Positions 36,118 to 45,524 of a DNA stretch of 64,000 nucleotides are shown here, piece after piece (position 1 is the first letter of the stretch; each line of letters starts with the position of its first letter). Where the stretch lies: the NCBI GenBank assembly GCA_937129365.1, contig CAKZNB010000033.1:71253-135252 (forward strand), in the 5' to 3' direction. The DNA comes from an uncultured Flavobacteriales bacterium. Its GTDB lineage: Bacteria; Bacteroidota; Bacteroidia; Flavobacteriales_D; CAJJDF01. The notes under the pieces were generated by a model that was given only the letters and a program-made list of their open reading frames with translations, was not told where the DNA came from and made no database searches. Both the position numbers and the translations under genes were made by a program.

Positions 36118-36984
36118 ATGAAAAATTATATAACAATTAGTTTAGGTTTAATTATTTTATTTTCAGTTGGTTGCCGACCTAAACCGTTAGACATTGATTT
36201 GCCTCAAGCAGAGCCAAAATTGGTAATTTCTTCTCAAGTTATTCCTGGTTCACTTATGGTTGTAACTGTATCCAGAAGTATGGATGCAAAAGGATTTAAT
36301 GTTGATAATGATACTTTAACTCAAGATGTATTGAATCAACTATTAGTAGATTCAGGAATAGTCACTATTTCTTACAATGGTTCAACGGATACTTTATTCA
36401 GGACTCCAGGAGTTCCAGGAGTGTTTGTTAGTTTATCTACTCCTCGAATTTTGAATACCAACTATAATTTGTATGTAAAAGATTACAATACAGGTATGTC
36501 AGTTACTTCTTCGGCTTATATGCTACAGCAAGTTTCATTAGATACAGCATATGCAAAGATTGATAGATCTGGATTATTTAGTACTACTAAAATCACTTAT
36601 TCTTTTAATGATCCACAAGGAGAAGATAATTGGTATATGGTTAATTTTTATGCCCAAAAAGATTCAAACTCTACATCTGGAGGAGTTAATTTAAATGAGA
36701 ATAAAAATGTACTAAAAGAAACTATTGTATTGAATGATAAAAATTTCTCAAGTGCTTCTGTAACTGCAAGTCACACAGTTTCTGAATGGAACCAAGATAC
36801 AGTAGTGGTTTCTATTTCAAATATAAGCGAAGGATATTATAATTACTTAAATGCTAGAATAAGAAGTGGTAGCTTGTTAACGAGCTTTACTCGTGAACCA
36901 GTTAATCACCCCACCAATATTAACGATGGATATGGATTTTTTACTACACATATTCCTTCTTTAAGAATTGTAAAAGTTGATTAA
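36118..36984 (+). CDS. DUF4249-like lipoprotein, partner of the TonB-dependent receptor
   Basis: Lipobox FSVGC. Its position immediately after the receptor is typical for this family. Confidence 0.55.
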   Translation: MKNYITISLGLIILFSVGCRPKPLDIDLPQAEPKLVISSQVIPGSLMVVTVSRSMDAKGFNVDNDTLTQDVLNQLLVDSGIVTISYNGSTDTLFRTPGVPGVFVSLSTPRILNTNYNLYVKDYNTGMSVTSSAYMLQQVSLDTAYAKIDRSGLFSTTKITYSFNDPQGEDNWYMVNFYAQKDSNSTSGGVNLNENKNVLKETIVLNDKNFSSASVTASHTVSEWNQDTVVVSISNISEGYYNYLNARIRSGSLLTSFTREPVNHPTNINDGYGFFTTHIPSLRIVKVD

Positions 36985-37382
36985 TTTTTTGGAATTATTT
37001 TCCCAATATTCTTTTTCAAAAAAGCCCCGATTTCCATTTTAAAATCTTTATAAATATGGTGAAGTACACAAGGATTTTCATCTGTACATTGTGGCAAACC
37101 TAATATACATTCATATATCTGCATATGATCTTCAAAAACCGAAATAAGGTCAATAATTGTCTTTTTTTGGTTTGTTTCTGAAATGTAAAAGCCACCACCT
37201 CGACCTTTTGTAGAAGTAATAATGTTATGTCGGGCTAAATCTTGAAGAATTTTACTCGTAAAAGGTTGGCTTACTCCAATTTTCGTTGCAATTTTGGTTG
37301 CACCACATTTCTTATTTAATTCTTGATTGTCAGCAAGAAAAGTAACAATTCTTATGGCGTTTTTCGTTTTTTGGTTAAACAT
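36981..37382 (-). CDS. Rrf2-family transcriptional regulator (NsrR/IscR-like, three-Cys cluster motif retained)
   Basis: N-terminal wHTH (AIRIVTFLA...ATKIGVSQPFTSKILQDLARHNII.STKGRGGGFYI) and C-x6-C-x5-C (CILGLPQCTDENPC). Divergent from the nos cluster. Confidence 0.8.
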   Translation of the reverse strand: MFNQKTKNAIRIVTFLADNQELNKKCGATKIATKIGVSQPFTSKILQDLARHNIITSTKGRGGGFYISETNQKKTIIDLISVFEDHMQIYECILGLPQCTDENPCVLHHIYKDFKMEIGAFLKKNIGKIIPKN

Positions 37383-37440
37383 TGCTATAAATTATATTAT
37401 AAACTGACTTTTATCATAAGACTAAAAGGTCTTTTTGTAT

Positions 37441-37448
37441 TACATTTG
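37441..37448 (+). promoter_or_regulatory. Candidate -7 promoter box (TACATTTG) for the nos cluster
   Basis: Matches TAnnTTTG, 24 nt upstream of the fasciclin ATG. Confidence 0.3.
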
Positions 37449-37471
37449 ATAAACAAAACAACCCAATTATT

Positions 37472-38059
37472 ATGAAATCAAATATCAACTCAAAATTAAC
37501 GATAATATTTTTAGCAACACTTTTTTTTATTTCTTGCGGAAATGAAAACGCTGGAACAACAGATTCAGTTTCTGACAATGGAATTGTAGAAACACATAGT
37601 AAAGGACAAGCTGATGTAGTAGATGAAACATCCGATCCAAATATATTGCAAGTAGCAATAGGCTCAAAAGATCACTCCACTTTGGTAGCAGCTGTTCAAG
37701 CAGCAGGAATTGAGCATGTATTAACTAATGTAGGACCACTTACTGTTTTTGCTCCAAACAATGCAGCATTTGATGCTTTGCCAGAAGGAACAGTAGATAA
37801 CTTGCTAAAACCAGAAAACAAAGCCGACTTAGCAAATGTATTGACAATGCATGCTGCACCAGGAAGTTTTGATTTAGATGCACTAAAAAAAGAAGCTAGA
37901 AAAGGAAGAAAAATTTATACAGCAACAGGAGATTATTTTGAAGTAAAAGTAGAAGGAGACGATGTGTTTGTAGGTGGTGCAAAAATACTGGGTACTATTC
38001 CAACTTCAAATGGAATTATTCATGTAGTTGAATCAATCCTTTCAAAATCAGAAAATTAA
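37472..38059 (+). CDS. Fasciclin (FAS1) domain lipoprotein
   Basis: Lipobox FFISCG; HSTLVAAVQAAG...LTVFAPNNAAFDALP...IIHVVESIL. Confidence 0.85.
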   Translation: MKSNINSKLTIIFLATLFFISCGNENAGTTDSVSDNGIVETHSKGQADVVDETSDPNILQVAIGSKDHSTLVAAVQAAGIEHVLTNVGPLTVFAPNNAAFDALPEGTVDNLLKPENKADLANVLTMHAAPGSFDLDALKKEARKGRKIYTATGDYFEVKVEGDDVFVGGAKILGTIPTSNGIIHVVESILSKSEN

Positions 38060-38080
38060 ATAACATAAAAATAAAAAGAG

Positions 38081-38563
38081 ATGAAAATTAAATTAACCCT
38101 AATAGCAACAATGGTTGCCTCAATGTTCCTTACGAATTGTGGTGGTGGAGAAGGAGAAACCAAAAAAAGTTTTGCTGAAGAAATGGCAGCAGAAAGCGAA
38201 GCTGCAGAGGCTGAAGAAGCAAGTAATGATATGGAAAACATTGGAATTGGACCAATAAAAGAATTGACTTTTCCAGAAACTATTGACATGGATATGGCAA
38301 AAGCTGGAGAAGCAGTTTTTGAATCAAAATGTGCAGCTTGTCACAAGCCAGGAAAAAAATTCATTGGACCTGCACCTATAGGTATTTATGAAAGAAGAAA
38401 CCCAGCATGGGTAATGAACATGATTCTTAACCCGGAAGAAATGGTAGAAAAAGATCCTATTGCCAAAAGGTTGATGGCAGAATATCTTTCTCCTATGGCA
38501 AACCAAAATTTAACTGAAGAAGAAGCAAGATCAGTTGCTGAATATTTTAGAACACTTAAATAA
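38081..38563 (+). CDS. Monoheme c-type cytochrome lipoprotein (putative electron donor to NosZ)
   Basis: Lipobox LTNCGG; CAACH heme motif; distal Met candidate (SPMAN). Confidence 0.8.
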   Translation: MKIKLTLIATMVASMFLTNCGGGEGETKKSFAEEMAAESEAAEAEEASNDMENIGIGPIKELTFPETIDMDMAKAGEAVFESKCAACHKPGKKFIGPAPIGIYERRNPAWVMNMILNPEEMVEKDPIAKRLMAEYLSPMANQNLTEEEARSVAEYFRTLK

Positions 38564-38588
38564 TTAATAAGAAATAACCCCAATAACT

Positions 38589-40550
38589 ATGAAAACAATT
38601 AATAAAATAGCAATTTTCATTGCTTCATTAGCTCTATTAGCAAGCTGTGGACCAGGAAAAGAGAAAAAAGGAAACTCGGGTGCTTTGTCTGGCAATGCTG
38701 CCGAAAAAGTATACGTAGCACCAGGAGAACATGATGAGTATTATGCTTTTATGTCTGGAGGATATAGTGGAAATTTAACGGTATATGGATTGCCATCAGG
38801 AAGAATGTTGAAAGAAATTCCAGTGTTTTCTCAGTTTCCTACTTCGGGATATGGATATTCTGAAGAAACTAAACCTATGATGAACACTTCATTTGGTTTT
38901 GTTCCTTGGGATGATGCTCACCACCCAGATATTTCTCAAACAAATGGAGAAATTGATGGAAGATGGATTTTCATTAACGGAAATAACACACCAAGAATTG
39001 CACGAATTAATTTAGCAACTTTTGAAACAGAAGAAATTATAGAGGTTCCTAATAGTGCTGGTAACCACAGTTCTTCTTTCATTACTGAAAACACAGAATA
39101 TGTTGTTGCAGGAACTCGTTTTTCTGTTCCAATACCTCAAAAAGATATGCCAATTGCTGATTATAAAGCAAATTTTAAAGGTTCATTATCTTTTATTAGT
39201 GTAGATCCAGAACATGGTCACATGGATATTAAATTCCAATTGATGATGCCAGGATTTAACTATGATTTATCTCATCCAGGTAGAGACAAATCTCATGGAT
39301 GGTTCTTCTTTACTACTTACAATACAGAAGAGGCAAACTCTTTGATGGAGGTTAATTCTTCTCAAAATGACAAAGATTTTATTGCAGCTGTAAACTGGAA
39401 AGTAATAGAAGAATATGTGAATAATGGAGGTGGAACTATGATGCCTGCTGAATATGCACACAATGTATATGACGAAAGCACTCATACTGCTACAAGTACT
39501 ATGAAAAAAGAAGTATTAACTGTAGATCCATTAAAAGTTCCTGGAGCTGTATATTTCTTACCTACTCCAAAATCTCCTCACGGATGTGATGTTGATCCAA
39601 CTGGACAATACATTATTGGAAACGGAAAACTATCTGCTGATTTAACAATCCACTCATTTGATAAAATGATAGCTGCTATCGAAGGAAAGAAATTTGATGG
39701 TGAAGCTTATGGAATTCCAATTCTTAAGTTTGAAGAAATCTTAGCTGGAACTGTAAAAAGTGGTGGTTTAGGACCTCTTCATACTGAGTTTGATGGTGAA
39801 GGAAATGCTTATACGACTTTCTTTATCTCTTCTGAGGTTGTAAAATGGAAATTAGGAACTTGGGAAGTAATCGATAGAAAACCAACTTATTACTCTGTAG
39901 GTCACTTAATGATTCCTGGAGGAAACTCAAGAAAACCTTTTGGTAAATATGTTGTTGCCTTGAACAAAATTACCAAAGACAGATACTTGCCAACTGGACC
40001 AGAAATGGAACACTCTGCACAGATTTATGATATCTCAGGTGAAAAAATGGAGTTGTTGTATGATTTTCCAACTCATGGTGAACCTCATTATGCGGCAGGT
40101 TGCCCTGCAGATTTATTGAAGAAAAACTCTAAAAAAATCTACAGATTAGACGAAAACAAGCACCCTTATGCTATCATGAAACCTAGTGAAGCTAAGGTGA
40201 CAAGAGATGGAAATGAAGTTCATATTTATATGTCAACTATTAGAAGTCACTTTACTCCCGATAACATTGAGGGAATAAAAGTGGGAGACAAAGTGTATTT
40301 TCATATCACAAACCACGAGCAAGATTTTGATGTACCTCATGGATTCTCAATGATTGGTCAAGGAACTTCAGAGTTATTAGTAATGCCCGGACAAACTAAA
40401 ACATCACTTTGGGAGCCTAAGAAAGTAGGAGTTTGGCCATTCTATTGTACAGATTTCTGTTCGGCACTTCACCAAGAAATGCAAGGATATGTAAGAGTTT
40501 CTCCAGCCAACTCAAGTATACCTTTGAGTTGGAGTCTCGATGGAGAATAA
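38589..40550 (+). CDS. nosZ: Nitrous-oxide reductase, Sec-dependent (clade II/atypical) type
   Basis: CuZ-region WDDAHHPD; C-terminal CuA motif CTDFCSALHQEMQGY. The N-terminus MKTINKIAIFIASLALLASCG has a lipobox and no twin-arginine. Confidence 0.95.
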   Translation: MKTINKIAIFIASLALLASCGPGKEKKGNSGALSGNAAEKVYVAPGEHDEYYAFMSGGYSGNLTVYGLPSGRMLKEIPVFSQFPTSGYGYSEETKPMMNTSFGFVPWDDAHHPDISQTNGEIDGRWIFINGNNTPRIARINLATFETEEIIEVPNSAGNHSSSFITENTEYVVAGTRFSVPIPQKDMPIADYKANFKGSLSFISVDPEHGHMDIKFQLMMPGFNYDLSHPGRDKSHGWFFFTTYNTEEANSLMEVNSSQNDKDFIAAVNWKVIEEYVNNGGGTMMPAEYAHNVYDESTHTATSTMKKEVLTVDPLKVPGAVYFLPTPKSPHGCDVDPTGQYIIGNGKLSADLTIHSFDKMIAAIEGKKFDGEAYGIPILKFEEILAGTVKSGGLGPLHTEFDGEGNAYTTFFISSEVVKWKLGTWEVIDRKPTYYSVGHLMIPGGNSRKPFGKYVVALNKITKDRYLPTGPEMEHSAQIYDISGEKMELLYDFPTHGEPHYAAGCPADLLKKNSKKIYRLDENKHPYAIMKPSEAKVTRDGNEVHIYMSTIRSHFTPDNIEGIKVGDKVYFHITNHEQDFDVPHGFSMIGQGTSELLVMPGQTKTSLWEPKKVGVWPFYCTDFCSALHQEMQGYVRVSPANSSIPLSWSLDGE

Positions 40551-40613
40551 TAAATATTAATAGGGTTAATATTTATTATAAAATGGGTGAGGTATTTTAT
40601 CTCGCCCATTTTT
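40549..40613 (+). terminator. Two consecutive hairpins after nosZ (intra-cluster attenuator/terminator)
   Basis: AATAAATATTAA (40549-40560) pairs with TTAATATTTATT (40566-40577). AAATGGGTGAG (40581-40591) pairs with CTCGCCCATTT (40601-40611), followed by a T-run. Confidence 0.6.
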
Positions 40614-40640
40614 ATACAAACAAATTAAGTAAAAAATAAG

Positions 40641-41249
40641 ATGAAAAAAGCAGGAATAGTAATGATTATCGGTTCTTTATTGCTTTTGGGATTATTTGCT
40701 TTGCCTCTTTGGAATATAACCTTAGGTGCACCCCAATATCCTGAACCAATTGGGATGAATATATACATTAGCGGAATTGAAGGAATGTCAGAGTTTGATA
40801 TTCAAAATATTGATGGACTAAACCACTACATAGGAATGAAAACAATTCCAAAACCAGATGAAATGTGGGAGTTTCAAGTGTTTCCTATGGTAATTGGCGG
40901 AATGGCAATATTGGGAGCAATTATTGGTTTATTTGGATTTTTAGGTAAAATAAGTAGCTCATGGTTTTTGGGTTGGTTTATTTTAATGTCAATTTTGGGA
41001 GTATTAGGGATGTATGATTTTAACCAATGGTTATTAGAATACGGAACTGATTTGGATCCCAACGCAATTATGAAAATGGTGGATGAACAAGGAAATCCTC
41101 TGTCTTACAAACCGCCATTGTTAGGTCATCAAAAAATTCTTAATTTTGATGCTTATTCCTATCCTTTAGCAGGAGCATATATGATGTTCGTAGGAATGTC
41201 ACTTACAGTTGTTGCTTTTTTTATGGGTAGAAAAAGTAAAAAAGCTTAA
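40641..41249 (+). CDS. Integral membrane protein at the position of nosB in clade II nos clusters
   Basis: Four predicted TM helices; immediately downstream of nosZ. Confidence 0.55.
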   Translation: MKKAGIVMIIGSLLLLGLFALPLWNITLGAPQYPEPIGMNIYISGIEGMSEFDIQNIDGLNHYIGMKTIPKPDEMWEFQVFPMVIGGMAILGAIIGLFGFLGKISSSWFLGWFILMSILGVLGMYDFNQWLLEYGTDLDPNAIMKMVDEQGNPLSYKPPLLGHQKILNFDAYSYPLAGAYMMFVGMSLTVVAFFMGRKSKKA

Positions 41250-41251
41250 TT

Positions 41252-41692
41252 ATGAAAAAAAATTTCTTATTCTTAATAGCAGGACTATTATTATTAAATA
41301 GTTGTGCTGTAGAGCCAAAACCAATTAACTATGGATCAGACGCTTGCCATTCATGCAGTATGAATATTGTTCAACAAAAATTTGGTGCGGAATTAGTTAC
41401 TAAAAAAGGAAAAGTGTATAAATATGATGCCATTGAATGTATGCTGAGAGATGTGTTGGATAATTGGAATGAAGAAGATTTAGCCCATATTTTGGCAATA
41501 GATTACAATAATCCAAAGAATTTTATTGATGCAACTCAGGGGTTTCATTTAAAATCTGAGAAAATTCCAAGTCCAATGGGAGGATTTTTATCTTCTTACG
41601 AAACAAAAGAATTAGGGGATAAAGCTTTTGAACAAAATGGAGGAGAGCTAATGAATTGGTCTTTATTGAAAGAAAGATATACAGAAGACTAA
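41252..41692 (+). CDS. nosL: NosL copper-chaperone lipoprotein
   Basis: Lipobox LLNSC; CHSCSM...YDAIEC motif. Confidence 0.8.
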   Translation: MKKNFLFLIAGLLLLNSCAVEPKPINYGSDACHSCSMNIVQQKFGAELVTKKGKVYKYDAIECMLRDVLDNWNEEDLAHILAIDYNNPKNFIDATQGFHLKSEKIPSPMGGFLSSYETKELGDKAFEQNGGELMNWSLLKERYTED

Positions 41693-41698
41693 TTATCT

Positions 41699-42946
41699 AT
41701 GAAGTACTTTTTTCTTTTCTTATTTCTTATAATTTTTTCCGCTTTTAGTTTTTCTCAATTGGAAGTCTGTAATACTTGTTCAATAAAGTCTATAAAACAA
41801 GCAATAAAAATTGCGGATACTGGAGCTACTATTTTAGTTAAAAAAGGAATTTACATTGAGGATAGTATTATCATAAAAAAGCCATTAACCCTCAAAGGAA
41901 TTGGTAAACCAGTTATTGACGGTAAGAAAAAAGGGTATGTAATTGAAGTTAATTCTGAAAATGTAACCATTGATGGGTTTGTAATCAAGAATGTAGGAGT
42001 AAGTTATACCAAAGATTATGCGGCAGTACATTTATATAAAAGCAATAATTTTAAGTTATTAAATAATAGATTAGAAACTGTTTTTTTTGGATTTTTAATC
42101 GAAAAATCAGATGGTGGAATTGTAAAAAATAATATAGTTTCTAGCAATGCTCAACATGAGTATAATTCTGGAAATGGAATTCATCTTTGGCATTGTGACT
42201 CTGTGGAGATAAATGGAAACGAGTGTTTTGGATTGCGAGATGGAATTTATTTTGAGTTTGTTACCAACACTTTAATTCATAAAAACACTAGCCATAATAA
42301 TCTTAGATATGGACTTCATTTTATGTTTTCAAATAATAATGAATACCACCACAATCATTTTCAAAAGAATGGGGCAGGTGTTGCAGTTATGTTTTCTAAG
42401 TTTCTTAAAATGCACCATAATATTTTCGAAAACAACTGGGGAAATGCAGCTTATGGATTGTTGTTAAAAGAAATTTATGATGCTGAATTACGTAATAATG
42501 AGTTCAGGAATAATACCACAGCAATTAAGGCAGAAGGCTCAACAAGAGTGAATTACAGTAACAATAATTTTGTAGAAAATGGATGGGCAGTGAAAATTAC
42601 AGGAGCGTGTTACGAAAACAAATTTACTCTTAATAATTTCGTCAATAATTCATTCAACCTTTCTTACAACAGTAAAATAAATGACAATAGTTTCAATTCC
42701 AATTATTGGAGCGATTATTCAGGATATGATTTGGATAGAAATGGAGTGGGAGATATACCGTTTCGACCAGTTAAGTTGTTTAATTATGTGGTGAATCAAA
42801 CACCAGAATCTATTGTGTTGATGAGAAGTTTATTTATTGATATTATTAATTTCTCAGAGAAAGTGAGTCCAGTATTTACACCAGATGAGGTGAAAGACAA
42901 TACTCCATTGATGAAAAAAAATCCTTTCCAATTAAAATTAAACTAA
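41699..42946 (+). CDS. nosD: NosD periplasmic parallel-beta-helix protein
   Basis: Repeated N-rich beta-helix turns (NNxxxxNxxGIxL). It sits between nosL and nosF. Confidence 0.85.
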   Translation: MKYFFLFLFLIIFSAFSFSQLEVCNTCSIKSIKQAIKIADTGATILVKKGIYIEDSIIIKKPLTLKGIGKPVIDGKKKGYVIEVNSENVTIDGFVIKNVGVSYTKDYAAVHLYKSNNFKLLNNRLETVFFGFLIEKSDGGIVKNNIVSSNAQHEYNSGNGIHLWHCDSVEINGNECFGLRDGIYFEFVTNTLIHKNTSHNNLRYGLHFMFSNNNEYHHNHFQKNGAGVAVMFSKFLKMHHNIFENNWGNAAYGLLLKEIYDAELRNNEFRNNTTAIKAEGSTRVNYSNNNFVENGWAVKITGACYENKFTLNNFVNNSFNLSYNSKINDNSFNSNYWSDYSGYDLDRNGVGDIPFRPVKLFNYVVNQTPESIVLMRSLFIDIINFSEKVSPVFTPDEVKDNTPLMKKNPFQLKLN

Positions 42947-43663
42947 ATGGATAAAACTATAAAAATTAGTGGTTTACATAAATCTTTTAAGAAATTACAT
43001 GTATTGAAAGGTATAGATTTAACTATTGATAAACCAGGAATATATGCAGTTCTTGGTCCTAATGCTTCAGGTAAAACTACCCTGATTAAAGTCATGTTGG
43101 GAATGGTGATTCCACAAAAAGGAAATGTGGAAATATTGGGAGAAAACATCAAAAACAATCCGTTTTATCGAAAAAACATCAGTTATTTACCACAAATTGC
43201 CCGATTTCCCGAAAATTTGAAAGTAAGTGAATTACTAGAAATGATTCAGGATTTACAAAAGCGAAAAGGGGATACAGATGACTTAATTAAAGGGTTGAAA
43301 TTGGAACCTTATTTGGATGCTAAATTGGTTAGTTTATCAGGAGGAACTAAGCAAAAAGTGAATGTGGTGCTTACATTTATGTACGATAATCCTATTATTA
43401 TTTTGGATGAACCAACTTCGGGATTAGACCCAATATCCATGGTTTATCTCAAAAAGAAAATCCAAGAAGAAAAAGAAAAGGGAAAAATTATATTAGTTAC
43501 AACCCATATTATGCCTTTGGTTGAGGAGCTTGCAGACGAAATTATATTTTTACTGGAAGGTGTTATTTCTTTCAGAGGAAGTGCTAGCCAATTAAAATTA
43601 GATCAAGGTGGAGAGTCCATTGAAATAGCCATTGCAAATCTTTTAACTAAACAACATGCTTAA
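42947..43663 (+). CDS. nosF: NosF ABC transporter ATP-binding protein
   Basis: Walker A GPNASGKTT, signature LSGGTKQK, Walker B IIILDEPTSGLD. Confidence 0.85.
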   Translation: MDKTIKISGLHKSFKKLHVLKGIDLTIDKPGIYAVLGPNASGKTTLIKVMLGMVIPQKGNVEILGENIKNNPFYRKNISYLPQIARFPENLKVSELLEMIQDLQKRKGDTDDLIKGLKLEPYLDAKLVSLSGGTKQKVNVVLTFMYDNPIIILDEPTSGLDPISMVYLKKKIQEEKEKGKIILVTTHIMPLVEELADEIIFLLEGVISFRGSASQLKLDQGGESIEIAIANLLTKQHA

Positions 43664-44438
43664 AATATTCAAGTATTCATTTTTTGATTTAATAAGAGGA
43701 AAATGGAGCCTTATTTACTTTGGTTTCTTTTTTATTTCTTCTATGTCTCTTCTTTATATTAGTGGAGATGTAGCTAAAGTTATCATCAGTTTGATGAATA
43801 TTATTCTGTTACTCAATCCATTAATTGCCACAATTTTTGGGGTAATGTATTTTTATAATTCAAGAGAATTTTCGGAACTTTTACTTGCTCAGCCCATCAA
43901 GAGGAGAGATATTTTTCTGGGTCAGTATTTAGGACTTTCTGTTTCGCTCAGTATCAGTTTTATTTTGGGACTACTTATTCCATTTGCCATCTTTGGTATT
44001 TTTTCAACCAATCAAGTAACCAATGCAGTTACACTTTTGTTTGTTGGAACAATTTTAACTCTTATTTTCTCTGCAATAGCATTTTACATAGCATTAAGAA
44101 ATGAAAACAAGATTAAAGGATTTGGAACTGCCATCTTTTTGTGGTTGTTTTTTGCTGTAATTTATGACGGAATATTTTTGTTGTTATTAATGACTTTCAA
44201 TGAATATCCATTAGAGAAATTTGCATTAGTTTCCATGATTTTCAACCCAATTGATTTGTCTAGAATTTTAATTTTATTGAATTTAGATATTTCAGCTTTA
44301 ATGGGATATACGGGAGCAGTTTTCAATCAGTTTTTCGGAAATATGTTGGGGATTTCTATCTCTATTTTTGTTCTATTAATTTGGATTGTTACTCCCATAT
44401 TCTTTTTTTTAAGAAGTCTTAAGAAAAAGGATTTTTAA
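43656..44438 (+). CDS. nosY: NosY ABC-2 type permease
   Basis: Six TM helices; 8-nt overlap with nosF. Confidence 0.8.
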   Translation: MLKIFKYSFFDLIRGKWSLIYFGFFFISSMSLLYISGDVAKVIISLMNIILLLNPLIATIFGVMYFYNSREFSELLLAQPIKRRDIFLGQYLGLSVSLSISFILGLLIPFAIFGIFSTNQVTNAVTLLFVGTILTLIFSAIAFYIALRNENKIKGFGTAIFLWLFFAVIYDGIFLLLLMTFNEYPLEKFALVSMIFNPIDLSRILILLNLDISALMGYTGAVFNQFFGNMLGISISIFVLLIWIVTPIFFFLRSLKKKDF

Positions 44439-44485
44439 TTCAATTAGAACTAAAAAACTTCTAAAAAATAATCGTAACTTTCACT

Positions 44486-45523
44486 ATGAAAAGCTACAGA
44501 GCCATAGGATTAATGTCGGGAACCTCTCTTGATGGGCTTGATATTGCCTATTGTGAGTTTACATTTGATTCTAAATGGAGTTATAAGATTCTCAACTCCA
44601 AAATTGTGGAATATACTACCGAATGGAAGTTGAAACTTAAAAATGCTCCTATAGTATCTGAACAAGATTTAAAGCAACTTGATAAGGAGTTAGGTCAATT
44701 TTTTGGGGAAGAAACCAAGAAATTTATTGAGGATAATGACTTAAATCAAATAGATTTTATTGCTTCACATGGTCACACAGTTTTTCATCAACCAGATAAG
44801 GGATTTACAATTCAAATTGGGTGCGGTAAGGAACTTAAAAACCAAGTGCAATTGCTTGTGATTAATGATTTTAGAAGTGCAGATATTGCTGCAGGTGGCC
44901 AAGGTGCTCCGCTAGTTCCAATTGGGGATGAGTTGCTATTTTCAGATTATGATTATTGTGTAAATATTGGTGGAATTGCTAATGTTTCGTACAAAGAAAA
45001 TGGAGTGAGAAAGGCCTTTGATATTTGCATTGCAAACATGGCTCTCAATCCATTGGCTTTGGAAATGGGCTATGAATATGACGAAGGAGGGGAGTTAGCT
45101 AAAAATGGAGTTGTAAACCCTCAATTACTTTGGAAGCTTCAAGAATTAGATTTTAGTAATAAATCTCTTGGAAATGAACAATACCAAGAGTTTTTCTTGC
45201 CAATTTTAAATCAAAGCACCTCCATTGCCGAAACTAAAATTGCTACTGTAACTGAATACTTAGCTCAAAAAGTTTCAGATGTTTTAACCTCAGATTCAAA
45301 AGTAATTATTACCGGAGGGGGAGCTTACAATATCTTTTTAATTAACAAAATAAGAAAATATAGTAAAGCTAAAGTTGTTCATGCTTCCAAAGAATTAATT
45401 GAATTTAAAGAAGCCATGATTTTTGCTTTTTTGGGAGTGCTCAAAATGGAGAATATTCCTAATTGTATAGCTTCGGTTACGGGTGCTAGTGAAGATGTTG
45501 TTGGAGGAGTGGTTGTAAAATAG
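44486..45523 (+). CDS. anmK: Anhydro-N-acetylmuramic acid kinase
   Basis: GLMSGTSLDGLDIA N-terminus and GGGAYN motif. Confidence 0.9.
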   Translation: MKSYRAIGLMSGTSLDGLDIAYCEFTFDSKWSYKILNSKIVEYTTEWKLKLKNAPIVSEQDLKQLDKELGQFFGEETKKFIEDNDLNQIDFIASHGHTVFHQPDKGFTIQIGCGKELKNQVQLLVINDFRSADIAAGGQGAPLVPIGDELLFSDYDYCVNIGGIANVSYKENGVRKAFDICIANMALNPLALEMGYEYDEGGELAKNGVVNPQLLWKLQELDFSNKSLGNEQYQEFFLPILNQSTSIAETKIATVTEYLAQKVSDVLTSDSKVIITGGGAYNIFLINKIRKYSKAKVVHASKELIEFKEAMIFAFLGVLKMENIPNCIASVTGASEDVVGGVVVK

Positions 45524-45524
45524 A

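Noticed and set aside
37383-37471. Search for an NsrR/FNR-type operator in the Rrf2-nos intergenic region
   Set aside because: Only weak 4-5-bp inverted repeats were found (TTATcATAA, AAGACn6GTCTT). Nothing resembles known NsrR or FNR boxes, so no operator is called.
38056-38289. 77-aa minus-strand ORF and other antisense ORFs in the nos cluster (for example 42943-43158)
   Set aside because: They are antisense to well-supported cytochrome c and nosF genes, and the sequence is low-complexity.
40433-40639. 68-aa plus-strand ORF overlapping the 3' end of nosZ and the hairpin region
   Set aside because: It is out of frame with the nosZ CuA-site coding region and runs through the terminator hairpins, with no motifs.
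36981-44438. nos cluster as a horizontally acquired island
   Set aside because: There is no integrase, transposase, tRNA boundary or flanking direct repeats, and by eye no compositional break relative to neighbouring housekeeping genes.
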